Source: an uncultured Pelagibacteraceae bacterium (GTDB taxonomy: Bacteria; Pseudomonadota; Alphaproteobacteria; Pelagibacterales; Pelagibacteraceae). Taken from it: DNA of 64,000 bases. Where the stretch lies: assembly GCA_902633515.1 (NCBI GenBank), contig CACPGB010000001.1, positions 3,669-67,668 on the forward strand. The letters run 5' to 3'. Below the pieces are notes generated by a model. The model was not told the origin of the DNA. It ran no database searches and saw nothing but the letters and a program-made list of their open reading frames with translations. Position numbers and translations under genes: made by a program. This document shows, in pieces, positions 1-9,231 of this stretch. Position 1 is the stretch's first letter. The number at the start of each line of letters is the position of its first letter.

Positions 1-468
1 AAATTAATAATTAAATGCCCGAGTAATAAACAACAATTAATTAGAATTAAAAAGTCTTTAAAAGAAAAACATATTTCGGACTCAGTAATTTTTCACACAA
101 GTTTTGATAATAAAAAAGATCATCTTGACTTATATAAAAAAGTGGATGTTGCCCTAGATACGTTTCCTTACAATGGAGTAACTACATCATTTGAGGCTAT
201 ATGGATGGGAGTTCCCGTACTTACCATGTCTGGTTATAATTTTAATTCAAGATGTGGTGAGTCGATAAATAAAAATCTAAATATGAAGGAATTAATCGCA
301 AAAAATGACGAGGAATATATTTCTAAAGCAGTTGACTTATCAAATAACAAAGAAAAATATTTCAATTTAAGAAAATCTATATTTGAAAATGCAATAAAAA
401 GTCCTCTATTTAATGGAAAAAAATTTGCGGAAAATTTCTTTAGTTCACTAATAGAAATAATTAAATAA
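1..468 (+). CDS. SPINDLY/OGT-like glycosyltransferase (GT41), C-terminal part, 5'-truncated by the window edge
   Basis: Frame is open from base 1 (KLIIKCPS...); carries the GT41 motif DVALDTFPYNGVTTSFEAIWMGVPV; paralogous to the next ORF. Confidence 0.85.
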   Translation, partial: KLIIKCPSNKQQLIRIKKSLKEKHISDSVIFHTSFDNKKDHLDLYKKVDVALDTFPYNGVTTSFEAIWMGVPVLTMSGYNFNSRCGESINKNLNMKELIAKNDEEYISKAVDLSNNKEKYFNLRKSIFENAIKSPLFNGKKFAENFFSSLIEIIK

Positions 469-546
469 TTTAACTTATATTTAAATATTTAATTTTTTAT
501 ATAATATTAATTTTAATATAATGATAAAGCTTACCAAAACTTTTCA

Positions 547-2226
547 ATGCTCTCAATTCAAAAACTACAAATAGAAACAACAAAATTATTCAAACAAAAA
601 GAATATTCTAAAGTTGTATTTGAAATTACATCACAAACAAAGGAAGAAGAAAGATCAACTTTCTTATGTAATTTATTGGGTTTAAGCAGAATTACTAACA
701 ATGAAAAAAACAAAGATGCTCTTACTTTGGCTCTCAAAGATTTTAAAATTGGATATTTAAAAGAAAAAAATACAATCCATGCTATTGATTCTCTTGCTAA
801 TTTTATAACCACAAATGTTTTTTTGATAGATTTAGAAAATAATTATGAGTTTGATTTTAGTGAAATTTTTAATTTTTATAAATTATCTGAAAAAATTTGT
901 GTAAATCACAGACCAATGCACTTGGCAATGGCTATGGTTTATAGACGGTTAAACGATGCAAAAAAATTAATATTTCATTTTAAAAAGGTAATAGAGTCAG
1001 AAAAATTTAATGCTAATGATTTATGTAATTATGGTTACTGGCAATGTTTTAATAAAGAGTGGAGGCAATCTGATTTCTTTAATTATGGTAAGTTTTTGGA
1101 CGAGAATTTAAAAGTAATCCCTCAAAATCAATTAGTAGAAATTTCACAAGAGACTGGTTCAAAAATTAGAATAGGTTTTTTATCATCAGATATCATTGAA
1201 GGTCATTCAATCACTTATTTCTTAAAAACAGTTCTTTTAAATTACGATAAGAGTAGATTTGAAATTATTTTATTTTTAAACAACATAAAAGAAGATCGGT
1301 CTACAGAGAATTTCAAGAGTTTAGTTGAAAAAACGATTAATATTTCAAATTTAAATAATGTTGATGCTTTAAATCGAGTAAGAGGATTAAATTTGGATAT
1401 TATGATTGATTTGATGGGCTACACTTCAAGACAACGATTAGAGTTATTTAAGAATAGAATGGCTAAAAATCAAATTTTGTGGATGGGTTATTGTAACACT
1501 ACTGGATTGAAGAATATGGACTACATTATTTCTGATCCAAATTTAATTCATCCAAGTGAGGAAAATTTTTATAGCGAGGAAGTAATATATTTACCTAAAA
1601 TTTGGAATACTCATTGTGGATTTGATTTTAAAAGAACAGAAAATCCACCTCCATTCACTAAAAATAAATATTTTACTTTCGGGTCATTTAATAATTTTGA
1701 TAAAATAAACCCAAGTGTTGTCTTTACTTGGTCAAAAATTTTAAAAAAGATAAAAAATTCTAAGTTGATTTTAAAAACATCCTCAAAAAGGCTTGCAACA
1801 AAAAGGCTTAAAGAGTTATTTAAAAAAACTGATGTGTTAGACTCAGTTCAATTTATAGGTAAAGTATCGGAATTCAAGAAACACCTTAATAATTATAATA
1901 ATATTGACTTAGCGCTAGACACGTTTCCTTATAATGGAGTAACTACTTCATTTGAGGCTGTATGGATGGGTGTTCCTGTAATAACAATGGCTGGATATAA
2001 TTTTAATTCTAGATGTGGTGAGTCTATAAATAAAAATCTAAATATGGAGCAACTCATAGCCAAAGATGAAGATGATTATATTCAAAAAGTGTTAGATATA
2101 ACAAATAATTATGAGAATTATATCAATCTAAGAAAATCAATATTTTACGATGCAATTAAAAGTCCTTTATTTAATAATCAGGATTATGTTAAGAGCTTTT
2201 ATGAGGCATTAAAGAAAATTGTTTAA
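547..2226 (+). CDS. SPINDLY/OGT-like glycosyltransferase (GT41) with helical, TPR-like N-terminus
   Basis: Motifs RIGFLSSD..GHS, DIMIDLMGYT, WMGYCNTTG, FGSFNNFDKI, LDTFPYNGVTTSFEAVWMGVPV. Confidence 0.88.
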   Translation: MLSIQKLQIETTKLFKQKEYSKVVFEITSQTKEEERSTFLCNLLGLSRITNNEKNKDALTLALKDFKIGYLKEKNTIHAIDSLANFITTNVFLIDLENNYEFDFSEIFNFYKLSEKICVNHRPMHLAMAMVYRRLNDAKKLIFHFKKVIESEKFNANDLCNYGYWQCFNKEWRQSDFFNYGKFLDENLKVIPQNQLVEISQETGSKIRIGFLSSDIIEGHSITYFLKTVLLNYDKSRFEIILFLNNIKEDRSTENFKSLVEKTINISNLNNVDALNRVRGLNLDIMIDLMGYTSRQRLELFKNRMAKNQILWMGYCNTTGLKNMDYIISDPNLIHPSEENFYSEEVIYLPKIWNTHCGFDFKRTENPPPFTKNKYFTFGSFNNFDKINPSVVFTWSKILKKIKNSKLILKTSSKRLATKRLKELFKKTDVLDSVQFIGKVSEFKKHLNNYNNIDLALDTFPYNGVTTSFEAVWMGVPVITMAGYNFNSRCGESINKNLNMEQLIAKDEDDYIQKVLDITNNYENYINLRKSIFYDAIKSPLFNNQDYVKSFYEALKKIV

Positions 2227-2274
2227 TAGAAATATTTAATTTTAATATTTAGATTTAGTCATTATAATTTATAT

Positions 2275-3606
2275 ATGACAATCTATGCCCTTTCATCAGG
2301 ACCAGGTATATCTGGGGTGGCAATCATTAGAATCTCTGGGTCGGATGCATCTAAAGCAATAAAATTACTTACTGGAAAAGTTCCCCCTTCACCCAGAATA
2401 GCTTCGCTTCGAAAAATAAACAACATCAACACCTCTGAACAAATCGACGAAGGGTTAATAATCTGGTTTCCTAGCCCTCACAGCTATACAGGTGAGGATA
2501 TGGCAGAAATTCATGTTCATGGAGGTAAAGCAATAGTTATGGCAATCCAAAGCGAATTGTCCAAAATAGAAAATTTCAGATTAGCTGAACCTGGAGAATT
2601 TACAAAGATAGCTTTTCAAAATGGTAAGATCAATCTATTAAAGGCAGAAGGAATAGCTGACCTGATAGCTGCAGAAACTGAAATACAAAGATTACAAGCT
2701 GTAAAGATTATGAAAGGTAAATCAGCTGAGAAATTTGATAATTTAAGAGAAAAGTTACTAAAGATTTTATCTTTCGTTGAAGCCAAAATCGATTTTCCTG
2801 AGGAAGATTTACCCGATGAAAATATTAAACAAATTAAAAAAGATTCGATTGAAGTTTTAAACCAAATTAAAAAAATTCTAGATGATCAAAAAGTAGGTGA
2901 AATAATTCGTGAAGGTTTTAAAATTGCTATCGTTGGTCCAACCAATGCTGGGAAATCTTCTTTATTAAATAATTTATCGAATAGAGACGTGGCAATTGTT
3001 TCTGAAATAGCAGGAACAACTAGGGATGTAGTTGAAACACATTTAAATATTGATGGCTATCCAGTTATCATTTCAGATACAGCAGGTATTAGAAATTCTA
3101 AAGATGAAATAGAGAAAAAAGGTATAAGATTATCGTTAGATAGAGCAGAAAATGCTGATTTAAAATTAGTGGTAATAGATGCAAAAAGTACTGATTTGAA
3201 AGGATTTTTGAATGATTTATTAAAAAACAATGCGATTTTAGTTGTAAATAAGTCAGATCTTATTGAGAGTGAACTAGAACCAGAGGTAAAAAAGCTAGAT
3301 CATGTTTTAATTTCATTAAAGGAGAACCTAAATCTAGATAAATTAATTTCAAAAATTAAAGACAGATTAAAAACAAAATTTATTATAAATGAAGATATAT
3401 TAATTACTAGAGAAAGACACAGACAACATTTAGTTCAGTGTTTAAATAATTTGACAAATTTCTTAGAAAAAAATGATAAAAAAGATTTTGATAAAGCTGC
3501 TGAAGATTTGCGGTTAGCTACTAGACATTTAGGTATGATAGTTGGAAAGGTTGATGTAGAGGAAATATTAGGCAGCATTTTCAACGATTTTTGCATTGGT
3601 AAATAA
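2275..3606 (+). CDS. mnmE: tRNA modification GTPase MnmE
   Basis: SYTGED, GPTNAGKSS P-loop, GTTRD, DTAG, C-terminal FCIGK. Confidence 0.98.
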   Translation: MTIYALSSGPGISGVAIIRISGSDASKAIKLLTGKVPPSPRIASLRKINNINTSEQIDEGLIIWFPSPHSYTGEDMAEIHVHGGKAIVMAIQSELSKIENFRLAEPGEFTKIAFQNGKINLLKAEGIADLIAAETEIQRLQAVKIMKGKSAEKFDNLREKLLKILSFVEAKIDFPEEDLPDENIKQIKKDSIEVLNQIKKILDDQKVGEIIREGFKIAIVGPTNAGKSSLLNNLSNRDVAIVSEIAGTTRDVVETHLNIDGYPVIISDTAGIRNSKDEIEKKGIRLSLDRAENADLKLVVIDAKSTDLKGFLNDLLKNNAILVVNKSDLIESELEPEVKKLDHVLISLKENLNLDKLISKIKDRLKTKFIINEDILITRERHRQHLVQCLNNLTNFLEKNDKKDFDKAAEDLRLATRHLGMIVGKVDVEEILGSIFNDFCIGK

Positions 3607-3645
3607 GAACCTTGTAAAATTTTTTTTCAAATATAAATTTATATC

Positions 3646-5517
3646 ATGAAAAATGAATTTTCATTTGATGTTGTTGTAATTGGAGGAGGTCATGCTGGTT
3701 GTGAGGCAGCCGCTGCTTCAGCTCGTCTAGGTGTGAATACAGCTTTATTTACTCACGATAAAAGTACTATTGGTGAGATGTCGTGTAATCCTGCAATTGG
3801 TGGCTTGGGCAAAGGCCATCTAGTCAGAGAAATAGATGCATTAGATGGAATTATGGGAGAGATAGCAGATAAATCAGGAATACAATTTAGGTTGTTAAAT
3901 AGAAGCAGAGGACCAGCTGTTAGAGGCCCAAGAACTCAATCTGATAGATTACTATACAAGCAATTTATGCAAGAAAAACTTGTAAACTATTGTAATTTAA
4001 GCATTTTTTCAGATACTTTAATTAAGTTTATCTTTTTAAATAATACGATAAATGGATTTTTAACATTAAAAGGTAACAAGATTAATTGTAATAAAATAAT
4101 ACTTACAACAGGTACTTTTTTAAATGGATTGATACACATTGGTGATGAGCGTACTCCAGCGGGAAGATATAATGAAAAACCTAGTACAGGTTTAAGTGAA
4201 CAATTAGAAAAATATAAATTTAAAATAGGAAGATTGAAAACAGGCACTCCTCCTAGACTAGATGCCAGGACGATAAATTTTAAAAATTTGGAAAAACAAA
4301 CAGCTGATGAAACCCCATATTTTTTTTCTTTCTTAACGAAAAAAGCAATCAATAAACAAGTGTCTTGTTCAATGACCTACACTAATCAAAAGGTGCATAA
4401 TATAATTGAGAAAAATTTATCTAAGAGCGCAATGTACTCTGGTAGCATTAAAGGAGTTGGTCCAAGATATTGTCCATCAATAGAAGACAAAATAGTTAAG
4501 TTCGCTGAAAAAACGAGACATCAAATATTTTTAGAGCCTGAAGGGCTAAATGACTACACAATTTATCCAAATGGAATATCAAACTCATTACCCGAGGAAG
4601 TACAATCTGAAATACTTAACAATATCAATGGTTTAGAGAATGTTAAAATGATCAGGCCAGGATATGCTATAGAGTATGACTATGTAGACCCTAGGGAGCT
4701 CTTTCTAACTCTTGAGACTAAAAAAATTAAAAATTTGTATTTAGCCGGTCAGATAAACGGAACTACTGGATATGAAGAGGCTGCAGCCCAAGGTCTTATA
4801 GCTGGTGTGAACGCAGCTTTGTCATTTATGAATAAAGAGCCATTTATTCTAGATAGATCAGATGCCTACATTGGAGTGATGATAGATGATTTGGTTACAA
4901 AGGGTGTAGCGGAACCTTACAGGATGTTTACCTCAAGAGCCGAGTATAGGCTTAGTTTAAGAGCAGATAATGCAGATTTAAGACTTACTAATAAAGGTAT
5001 TAAAATTGGCTTAGTATCTAGGGATAGAAAGTTAAAATTTGAGGATAAATTTGCAAAAATGAGTGAAATATCTCTTCAAATGTCTAGTTTAAGTATATCT
5101 CCAACAAAAGCTGAAAAATATGGTATTAAAATTGCAAAGGATGGTATTTTACGATTAGCAGATGAAATTCTAGCTCAAAAAGATGCTAATATGGTTAAAA
5201 TGCGAGAGATTTGGCCTGAAATTAAGGACTTTGGGTCCGAAATTGACGAACAAATAGAAATTAATTCTCATTATAGAGGTTATTTAAAAAAGCAAAATGC
5301 AGATATCATAGCCTTCAAAAAAGATGAAAACCTTATTATCCCTGATAATATTGATTATGATCAATTTTCCGGTTTATCTAATGAGGTAAAATCCAAATTT
5401 AAGGAAATAAGACCAAAAACTATGGGGCAAGCGTTAAGAATTGATGGTATTACTCCAGCAGCTGTATATATTTTGTTGTCACATGTTAAAAGAAAGTCTA
5501 TTAAGCATATAGCTTAA
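3646..5517 (+). CDS. mnmG: tRNA uridine 5-carboxymethylaminomethyl modification enzyme MnmG (GidA)
   Basis: [46 protein letters not shown]. Confidence 0.98.
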   Translation: MKNEFSFDVVVIGGGHAGCEAAAASARLGVNTALFTHDKSTIGEMSCNPAIGGLGKGHLVREIDALDGIMGEIADKSGIQFRLLNRSRGPAVRGPRTQSDRLLYKQFMQEKLVNYCNLSIFSDTLIKFIFLNNTINGFLTLKGNKINCNKIILTTGTFLNGLIHIGDERTPAGRYNEKPSTGLSEQLEKYKFKIGRLKTGTPPRLDARTINFKNLEKQTADETPYFFSFLTKKAINKQVSCSMTYTNQKVHNIIEKNLSKSAMYSGSIKGVGPRYCPSIEDKIVKFAEKTRHQIFLEPEGLNDYTIYPNGISNSLPEEVQSEILNNINGLENVKMIRPGYAIEYDYVDPRELFLTLETKKIKNLYLAGQINGTTGYEEAAAQGLIAGVNAALSFMNKEPFILDRSDAYIGVMIDDLVTKGVAEPYRMFTSRAEYRLSLRADNADLRLTNKGIKIGLVSRDRKLKFEDKFAKMSEISLQMSSLSISPTKAEKYGIKIAKDGILRLADEILAQKDANMVKMREIWPEIKDFGSEIDEQIEINSHYRGYLKKQNADIIAFKKDENLIIPDNIDYDQFSGLSNEVKSKFKEIRPKTMGQALRIDGITPAAVYILLSHVKRKSIKHIA

Positions 5518-6161
5518 TGGATTCGATAATTTCAAAAAATTACTCTCAAATTCCAGATTTTCATGTTTCACGTGAAACTTGTAATGATCTTGAATGCTTG
5601 ATAAGTATGATTCAAAAGAAAAATGAGGAAATAAATATAATTAGTAAAAAAAACTCTGAAAAAGAGGCAATAAGGCAAAGACATATTGTTGATTCTGCAC
5701 AAATAATTGATTTTGTTGATTTAAATAGTAATACAACCTCTGATTTAGGCTCTGGAGGTGGTATGCCCGGGTTAATCATCGCAATCTTGATGAAGAAATT
5801 AAAAAACAGTATGAAAATAAAACTTTACGAGAAAAGTTACAATAAATGTGTTTTTTTAAAAGATGCCTCGAAAAAATTAGAATTGAATACAGAGATAATA
5901 CAAAAAGATATTTTTAAAATTGAAAATATTGAAACTGGAACCATTATGTCCAGAGCTTTTAAACCAATGCCTATAATTCTTGATTTAGTTCAAAAAAATT
6001 TTGGAAAATATAAAAATATAATTTTATTCATGGGTAAAAGCGGTAGAAAAATTTTAAATGATACTCTCAAAATTTGGAATTTAGATTACGAGGAAAAAAA
6101 AAGTTTAACAAATAAAGATTCATTTTTGTTAAATATAAAAAATATGGAAAAAAAAATTTAA
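5517..6161 (+). CDS. rsmG: 16S rRNA m7G527 methyltransferase RsmG (GidB)
   Basis: RHIVDS, DLGSGGGMPG, SRAF; lies between mnmG and parA. Confidence 0.93.
   Translation: MDSIISKNYSQIPDFHVSRETCNDLECLISMIQKKNEEINIISKKNSEKEAIRQRHIVDSAQIIDFVDLNSNTTSDLGSGGGMPGLIIAILMKKLKNSMKIKLYEKSYNKCVFLKDASKKLELNTEIIQKDIFKIENIETGTIMSRAFKPMPIILDLVQKNFGKYKNIILFMGKSGRKILNDTLKIWNLDYEEKKSLTNKDSFLLNIKNMEKKI
5564..5579. promoter_or_regulatory. parS: parS centromere-like site inside rsmG
   Basis: TGTTTCACGTGAAACT is a 15/16 match to consensus TGTTTCACGTGAAACA, with a perfect 14-bp palindromic core, about 600 bp upstream of parA. Confidence 0.92.
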
Positions 6162-6955
6162 TGAAAATCATTTCAATAATAAATCAGAAGGGCGGAGTTG
6201 GTAAAACAACAACAGTTATTAATCTTGCTTCTGCATTAACACAACTAGGAAAAAAAATTTTAGTTATTGATTTAGATCCTCAAGGAAATGCAACAACCGG
6301 TCTTGGTTTATCTAATTTAGAAAGATCAGATGAAACTATTTATGGTATTTTAAATGGAACTAAGTCTATTTCAGAAGTAATTAAAAAAACTAAATTTAAT
6401 AATCTTGATTTAGTAACTTCAAATGTTGATTTATCTGGTCTGGAGCTTGAAACAGCTGGAGATAGTGATAGGGCATTTATTTTAAAGGTTAAATTAGCCG
6501 CGTATTTAAATAATTCTGGAGGGTTATACGATTATATACTGATAGATTGTCCACCATCTCTGAGTCTATTGACCGTGATGGCACTTGTGTGCTCAAACTC
6601 GCTTTTAGTCCCTCTTCAGACAGAATTTTTTGCGCTAGAGGGCTTAACTCAATTGATGAAAACAATTGATCGAATAAAAATCAACTTAAACCCTGGTTTG
6701 AAAATTCAAGGAATACTTTTGACGATGTATGATAGAAGAAATAAATTATCTTCTCAGGTTGAGCAAGAAGCAAGAAATTATTTTAAGGAAAAGGTATATC
6801 AAACAGTAATCCCACGTAACGTAAGATTATCCGAAGCACCTTCGCATGGTGTTCCAGTTCTAATCTATGATAAAAATTGTCCTGGAAGTAAATCATACTA
6901 TAATTTTACAGATGAGTTTATAAACCAAGAAAGTCATATAGGGAGTGCTGCTTAG
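6161..6955 (+). CDS. parA: Chromosome partitioning ATPase ParA/Soj
   Basis: NQKGGVGKTTT, DLDPQGNAT, DCPPSL, EAPSHG. Confidence 0.97.
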   Translation: MKIISIINQKGGVGKTTTVINLASALTQLGKKILVIDLDPQGNATTGLGLSNLERSDETIYGILNGTKSISEVIKKTKFNNLDLVTSNVDLSGLELETAGDSDRAFILKVKLAAYLNNSGGLYDYILIDCPPSLSLLTVMALVCSNSLLVPLQTEFFALEGLTQLMKTIDRIKINLNPGLKIQGILLTMYDRRNKLSSQVEQEARNYFKEKVYQTVIPRNVRLSEAPSHGVPVLIYDKNCPGSKSYYNFTDEFINQESHIGSAA

Positions 6956-7794
6956 TGAATAAGATTAAAAAGGGATTAGGTAGGGGATTATCATCATTAA
7001 TAGGTGAAACTAAGATAGAGCAAGCAACTAACAAATTATCTATTAGTGATCTTTATCCAAATAAGTTTCAACCTAGAAAAATTTTTGATGAAGATAGTTT
7101 AAATGATTTAGAAAAATCAATAAAGGAAAGGGGCATTATTCAACCAATTATAGTTAGAAAATCAGACGAAAATTCAAAGTATGAGATTATTGCTGGAGAG
7201 AGACGTTGGCTTGCAGCCCAAAAAGCTGGTCTTCATGAAGTGCCTGTTGTTGTTAGTGAAGCAGATGATTTGAAATCTCTAGAATTTGCGATAGTTGAAA
7301 ATGTTCAAAGAAATGATCTTAATTCTTTAGAGGAAGCCCAAGGTTATCAGAGATTAATAAATGATTTTTCTTATGATCAAGAAAAAGTCTCAAAATTTAT
7401 TGGAAAAAGCAGAAGTTATATTACCAATTGCTTAAGAATATTAACTTTACCAAATGATGTTTTAAATTTAATTGAAACAAAAAAGATATCCGCTGGTCAT
7501 GCAAAAATATTGGTTGGGCTAAATAATGCAAGTTTTGTTGCGCAAAAAATTATCGAAAAAAAACTTTCTGTACGTCAAACAGAAAATTTTGTTAAGATTT
7601 TTAAGAAGAAAAAAAGTTTTTATGTAAAATCTAATAATCCGAATATTCAAAATCTTGAAAGATCAATTTCTGATAAGATTGGCTTAAATGTTTCAATTAA
7701 GAATAGTAAAAAAAATAAAGGAACAATTACTTTTGTTTACCATGACATTGACCAACTTAATAAAATAATTGATATAATTAAATCAAACTATTAA
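6955..7794 (+). CDS. parB: Chromosome partitioning protein ParB
   Basis: GLGRGLSSLI, QPR, IIAGERRWLAA, ENVQRNDL. Confidence 0.97.
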   Translation: MNKIKKGLGRGLSSLIGETKIEQATNKLSISDLYPNKFQPRKIFDEDSLNDLEKSIKERGIIQPIIVRKSDENSKYEIIAGERRWLAAQKAGLHEVPVVVSEADDLKSLEFAIVENVQRNDLNSLEEAQGYQRLINDFSYDQEKVSKFIGKSRSYITNCLRILTLPNDVLNLIETKKISAGHAKILVGLNNASFVAQKIIEKKLSVRQTENFVKIFKKKKSFYVKSNNPNIQNLERSISDKIGLNVSIKNSKKNKGTITFVYHDIDQLNKIIDIIKSNY

Positions 7795-7801
7795 TTCATG
7801 A

Positions 7802-8776
7802 TCAACTTTTTTCTAAAATAAAGTTGGTAATTATAAGAATTGAATTATTATAATTTTTTTTAATTTCTAATTCAATATCATTAATATTTTTAATTAGTTC
7901 TTTAATTTCTTTAGGTTTCCATTTGTTTAGTTGAACTTTTATAATTTCTTTATCTTTCCAAAATATAGGTGGTTTAGCTGAGTTTATTGTTTCATTAATG
8001 TCTTGATTTCTCTCGAAATTTACAGCTAAGTTTAGAATTCTTTTTGCTTTAGATAAAAAAGCTCTTAGAATTATAATACAATCCTCAGAATTATAATTAT
8101 TTTCATTTAGAATATTAATTGTCTTATTTTTATTTTTTGCTAAACAGTTGTTTATTAGCTCTGATAATTCATAATTTTCTTTTGAATTTATTAATTTTAA
8201 AATTTCCTCAGGTGATATTATTTTCTTACTTTTTAAGAAATTTTTAATTTTTTCAATTTCATTCTTTAAATTACCTCTATCTCCATTACATTTTTCAACA
8301 ATTAAGTTAATATTTTGTTGTGATATTGAAATATTTTCTTTTTTAAAAAGAGTTGTGGCTAATCTTCTAAGTGTATCATTATTATCTGAATATGTAGGTA
8401 TGCAAATTAATTCTTTATTTTTCTCAAAAAGAGATCTTAATTTAGATCTAGTTTCCAGAATACCAGCGTTTATTATAATCTTGATATTAGTGATATTTCT
8501 CTCAATTAAATCTTGAATTACTGGATAAATTTTATCTGTCGATCTATTAATTATTATAATTTTATTATTCTCAAATAGTGAGCCAGATAATATATTTTCA
8601 TAAAAAGTCTCAACTTCGTCTTTAATTTGAATTTCATCATAATTAAAAACTTTTCCGTCATTTTTTTTTACAATTTCATTTATACACTCAGATTTTAAGC
8701 CCTCATTTTTACCATACAATAAGTGAAAAATTGTATTTTTGGAAATTTTATTAAGTTCAAAGAATTTTAAAATCAT
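7802..8776 (-). CDS. holA: DNA polymerase III delta subunit
   Basis: LLYGKNEG, SLF, PPIFWKDK; leuS-lptE-holA synteny. Confidence 0.88.
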   Translation of the reverse strand: MILKFFELNKISKNTIFHLLYGKNEGLKSECINEIVKKNDGKVFNYDEIQIKDEVETFYENILSGSLFENNKIIIINRSTDKIYPVIQDLIERNITNIKIIINAGILETRSKLRSLFEKNKELICIPTYSDNNDTLRRLATTLFKKENISISQQNINLIVEKCNGDRGNLKNEIEKIKNFLKSKKIISPEEILKLINSKENYELSELINNCLAKNKNKTINILNENNYNSEDCIIILRAFLSKAKRILNLAVNFERNQDINETINSAKPPIFWKDKEIIKVQLNKWKPKEIKELIKNINDIELEIKKNYNNSILIITNFILEKS

Positions 8777-9231
8777 TAATCTGCAGCCAATCTAAGTATA
8801 AGTTTTTGAGAGATAGATCTTGCAAGATTTTCTTTGATAGTTTTTTCATAATTTTTTTCTTCGTATTTATCAGTCATTTTTTGAAAATTAAATTTTTCAT
8901 TTACTGAAAAATTTTCAGAATTATTATTTTTTTCAATTACGAATTTTGTAATTACATTAACCTGGTAATCAGTTATCGTTCCAGCATTATTCCTAGCTAA
9001 AATATTTTTAGTGTATTCTGTACTAAAGCTAATATTTACGATTTCATCAGATCTCTCTTTACTTTTTTTTTTAATATTTGCGACAATTAAATTATTAATA
9101 TTTTTGTCACCAGTAAAACTAGTTATTATTATTTTGTTATTTACTTTATTTTGATCTGAATAAACTGGCTTATATTCACAATGATTTAATATATTTAATG
9201 ATATAATTATGAAAAGAATTTTTCTAAGCAT
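8776..9231 (-). CDS. lptE: LptE-like LPS-assembly lipoprotein
   Basis: Hydrophobic N-terminus followed by Cys (CEYKPVY); lies between leuS and holA. Confidence 0.7.
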   Translation of the reverse strand: MLRKILFIIISLNILNHCEYKPVYSDQNKVNNKIIITSFTGDKNINNLIVANIKKKSKERSDEIVNISFSTEYTKNILARNNAGTITDYQVNVITKFVIEKNNNSENFSVNEKFNFQKMTDKYEEKNYEKTIKENLARSISQKLILRLAAD

